DNA of 64,000 nucleotides, taken from positions 2,914,001-2,978,000 of the forward strand of contig OU015567.1 in the NCBI GenBank assembly GCA_907165135.1, read 5' to 3'. Below, in pieces: positions 61,964 to 64,000 of this stretch. Position 1 is the first letter of the stretch, and each line of letters begins with the position of its first letter. The position numbers and the translations under genes are program-made. The stretch is from Oikopleura dioica. Lineage: Eukaryota; Animalia; Chordata. The notes under the pieces were generated by a model. The model was not told the DNA's origin, did not search any database, and worked only from the letters and a program-made list of their open reading frames with translations.

Positions 61964-62982
61964 GGGTACCTAGGTCGAGTTAAGTTACCCCCTAAAACCA
62001 TTTTCTGACTATAGAATCAGATTTTTCTCATTCTGAGGAACAAAAAACTCTAGAATGACCCTATAGCTTTCTTAACGTTTTCACCGTCAAAAACCACTGT
62101 GAAGTTAAAAATCTATAGGAAATGCTAGAAGCTCAAATTTGGGCGAGAAATTTTTTATCTCCAATTTTGCTGATCAAGGGCTTGAATGAAAGCTCATGGC
62201 CTGGTTTACATCGTGGTGAAGCTTAAAATCGCCCCAGAAAATAAAACTAATTCCAAAATCGGGTTAAATGGAAGCTTACCAAGCAAAAAATGCCAGATTC
62301 GCGAAGACGAGCCCAAACTTTTCAAAATATTGTTAAAAAATCTTCGAAATCCTAAAATTTGCTCTGTCACGATTGAAGAAGAGGCTGTAAACTATATAAA
62401 TTCAAAAAGAAAAAAATTGTTTGAATGAAAATTTTCGCCTGAATTTAGCGTTGAAGTTGGCCATTTTAGGCCGAGACGCCAACTTTGACGACATTTTTTT
62501 CTGAAAATTTCTTTTGAAATTGAAAAAAGTGCTCTGTCACGATCCGAGATCTATCGAATAAGCTTTTAAAAAGATTCTTTCGTAAGGATTAAGGACCCCC
62601 CCGTCAACAAATTTCGAAAAATCTATTTTCGGAATTTTAAAATTTTGACCCCGGAAATGGATTCTGCAGGTCAAAAAACGATTTTGAGGCTTCATTTTTT
62701 GGGGGTCTATCTCGACTCTAACACCCTCAAAATCGCGTTTGAAAATCGGACTTTTTGACGAAAATTGACGAAAAAGTGCCAATTTTGCTATAATTTCAGA
62801 TTTTTCTTGGTCAAAAAGTGCTCCGAACAAGTTTTTTGTGATTAATTGAACTTCCAGGAACACTAAGAAGCCAAAATATGGGTTTTTTGAAATTTTCGAT
62901 TTTTTGGGGAAAGTTGTTGACGGGGGGGTCCTTAAAGGGTAGTAATTTACCCTCAAGGATGGCGAACTCGACCCAGGTAGCC
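61964..62982. mobile_element. TTAA-flanked non-autonomous element (Kolobok-like), host of a nested insertion
   Basis: TTAA|GGGTACCTAGGTCGAGTT ... AACTCGACCCAGGTAGCC|TTAA (2 mismatches). Confidence 0.75.
62593..62931. mobile_element. TTAA-flanked element of the 644-1313 family, nested
   Basis: TTAA|GGACCCCCCCGTCAACAA ... TTGTTGACGGGGGGGTCC|TTAA. Confidence 0.85.
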
Positions 62983-63598
62983 TTAATCTAGGCTCGGCTG
63001 TTGAATAAAATTAATAAAAATAGCAATTTATGTTCATTTCCGTTGTCACTTAATCGTCGAATGTTCCGATATAAGTTCAGAAGTGGAACAAGCAGAAAAA
63101 GCCAGCCAAACACACTTTTCTCCGCATGCCAACTTCTAAACCCAGTCTCGATAAAAAAAAACATCTCTTTGTCGATTAATCAGATCGTGAAATCGACAAG
63201 CAATCTGCCTCAGAAGCGGGAAGATCTTCTTCGGCCACACTACCTATCAAATTTCATTTTCCAAATTCAAAAACTCTCTCTTTTTGCCGACTTCTTCAAT
63301 TCCAGATAATAGTAAATCCTAGAATTCTCTTTTCATGATTAAAATCATCTTCTTTTTCCCAAATTACTTTTTGCTATCGACATTTTCGACCCAAAAAAGT
63401 AAGATTTCGTGTCGACCAGTAGGAAGGACTTTCTCCCTTCTGATTTCCGCTAAATCGTCCAATCTGGCGCTGCCTTTTTAGCGCGCTGTCTCTAGATGTG
63501 AGCGGCGACTTCTCCAGAACTCTTATTTTTGCCGGTGCGGAGCGGAAAGTGAAAAACAAGGGGAATTCGCGACTTTGGTTATCGGAGAGATTAGAGAG

Positions 63599-64000
63599 AT
63601 GGCTGGGCGGAAGTCACAGAGACTTCGCAACCAAAAGAGGTTAATAAGAAAGTGATAAGACTGATAATAACGGGATTTTGACATGAAAATTTTTTCTCAT
63701 TTTTTTGGCATAAGAAATTTTAAAAGTTAAATGCCTTTTAATCCAGCCAAAATGAACCGAATTACTAAACCGCTTTATCAAAATTCTTTTCAGTGCGGCG
63801 AATAAGGACGGAAAGAAAAAGGCCAAAGTCAAGTCTAAGAAGGAAACATCGAAGGTAATAGTAACATCTTAGTAGCAAAAAGAACTCAAATTTCATTCAG
63901 AAAGTCGAGCCCGTTCCTCCAGTCGTTGTGAAGAGCGAACCTCCATCCGAAGAGCCGCAGTCGTGGAAGAGCTTGGAGCCATCTGTCCGCGCATCCCTTC
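63599..64000 (+). CDS. 5' part of a basic, probably nuclear protein (runs off window)
   Basis: MAGRKSQRLRNQKR|gt..ag|AANKDGKKKAKVKSKKETSK|gt..ag|KVEPVPPVVVKSEPPSEEPQSW. Confidence 0.55.

Noticed and set aside
62537-62956. ORF inside the nested TTAA element
   Set aside because: Short, no transposase motif; non-autonomous element.

Overview
Compact, AT-rich, intron-dense animal genomic DNA, most likely the larvacean tunicate Oikopleura (inferred from many ~40-60 nt introns, several GA-AG/GC-AG introns, high gene density and many MITEs). The ORF track mostly shows exon fragments, so I rebuilt gene models by hand and some boundaries are approximate. Recognisable genes: TAX1BP3-like PDZ protein, mucin/ITI_HC_C secreted protein, nebulin-repeat protein with an antisense RING gene nested in one intron, alkaline phosphatase, alpha-1,3-fucosyltransferase, BTB-BACK-Kelch protein, mosaic trypsin-like protease, GALE-family epimerase, 16-EGF protein, WSCD-type sulfotransferase, LRR membrane protein, class A GPCR, two members of one Cys-rich/propeller-like family, and several hypothetical genes. 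About 14 non-autonomous DNA-transposon copies are present. No rRNA, tRNA, CRISPR array or autonomous transposase was found. Best leads: (1) a GALE-family epimerase apparently joined by a GC-AG intron to a signal-peptide exon, which would make it lumenal; (2) an alkaline phosphatase with two alternative terminal exons, each carrying catalytic residues and a GPI-type tail; (3) a composite 9-bp-TSD element that breaks a nested RING gene, which is fully reconstructable once the element is removed.
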